From Octopus sinensis (lineage: Eukaryota): a stretch of 64,000 nucleotides of DNA. Below are positions 63,966-64,000 of the stretch, one piece after another (position 1 is the first letter of the stretch; each line of letters opens with the position of its first letter). The notes under the pieces were generated by a model. The model did no database searches and was not told the DNA's origin. It saw nothing but the letters and a program-made list of their open reading frames with translations. The stretch is taken from NCBI RefSeq assembly GCF_006345805.1, contig NC_042999.1, positions 14,384,001 to 14,448,000 on the forward strand, in the 5' to 3' direction. A program made the position numbers and the translations under genes.

Positions 63966-64000
63966 TTTTTTTTTTAAGTTGTCCCTGGCGAATAATAATA

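Overview
AT-rich, repeat-dense eukaryotic DNA. The repeat families look like those of an octopus (cephalopod) genome; this is my recognition, not a database match. No complete gene can be read, and nearly all ORF-track entries are microsatellite or SINE artefacts. The window holds: (i) at least four tRNA-SINE-like families, labelled here A (central microsatellite), B (GCCTTTCATCCTTTCGGGGTCGATAA core), C ((GAT)n RTE-type tail) and D; (ii) a decayed 1.17-kb Tc1 transposon with a DD36E triad, a DD37D mariner fragment, piggyBac- and pogo-type MITEs and a Helentron-like element; (iii) CR1 and RTE LINE 3' remnants; (iv) several Penelope-like (PLE) fragments with hammerhead-ribozyme-like cores, two of them arranged as long fold-backs; (v) two unusual arrays, a ~20-unit composite minisatellite and an 18 x 32-bp Pol III B-box-like array; (vi) a few splice-signal-supported orphan exon candidates. 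Best leads: a near-complete type I hammerhead (58983-59043) with an ambisense fold-back relative (44474-44662), SINE-B targeting and multimerising at GGTAT, the DD36E element, and the B-box array.
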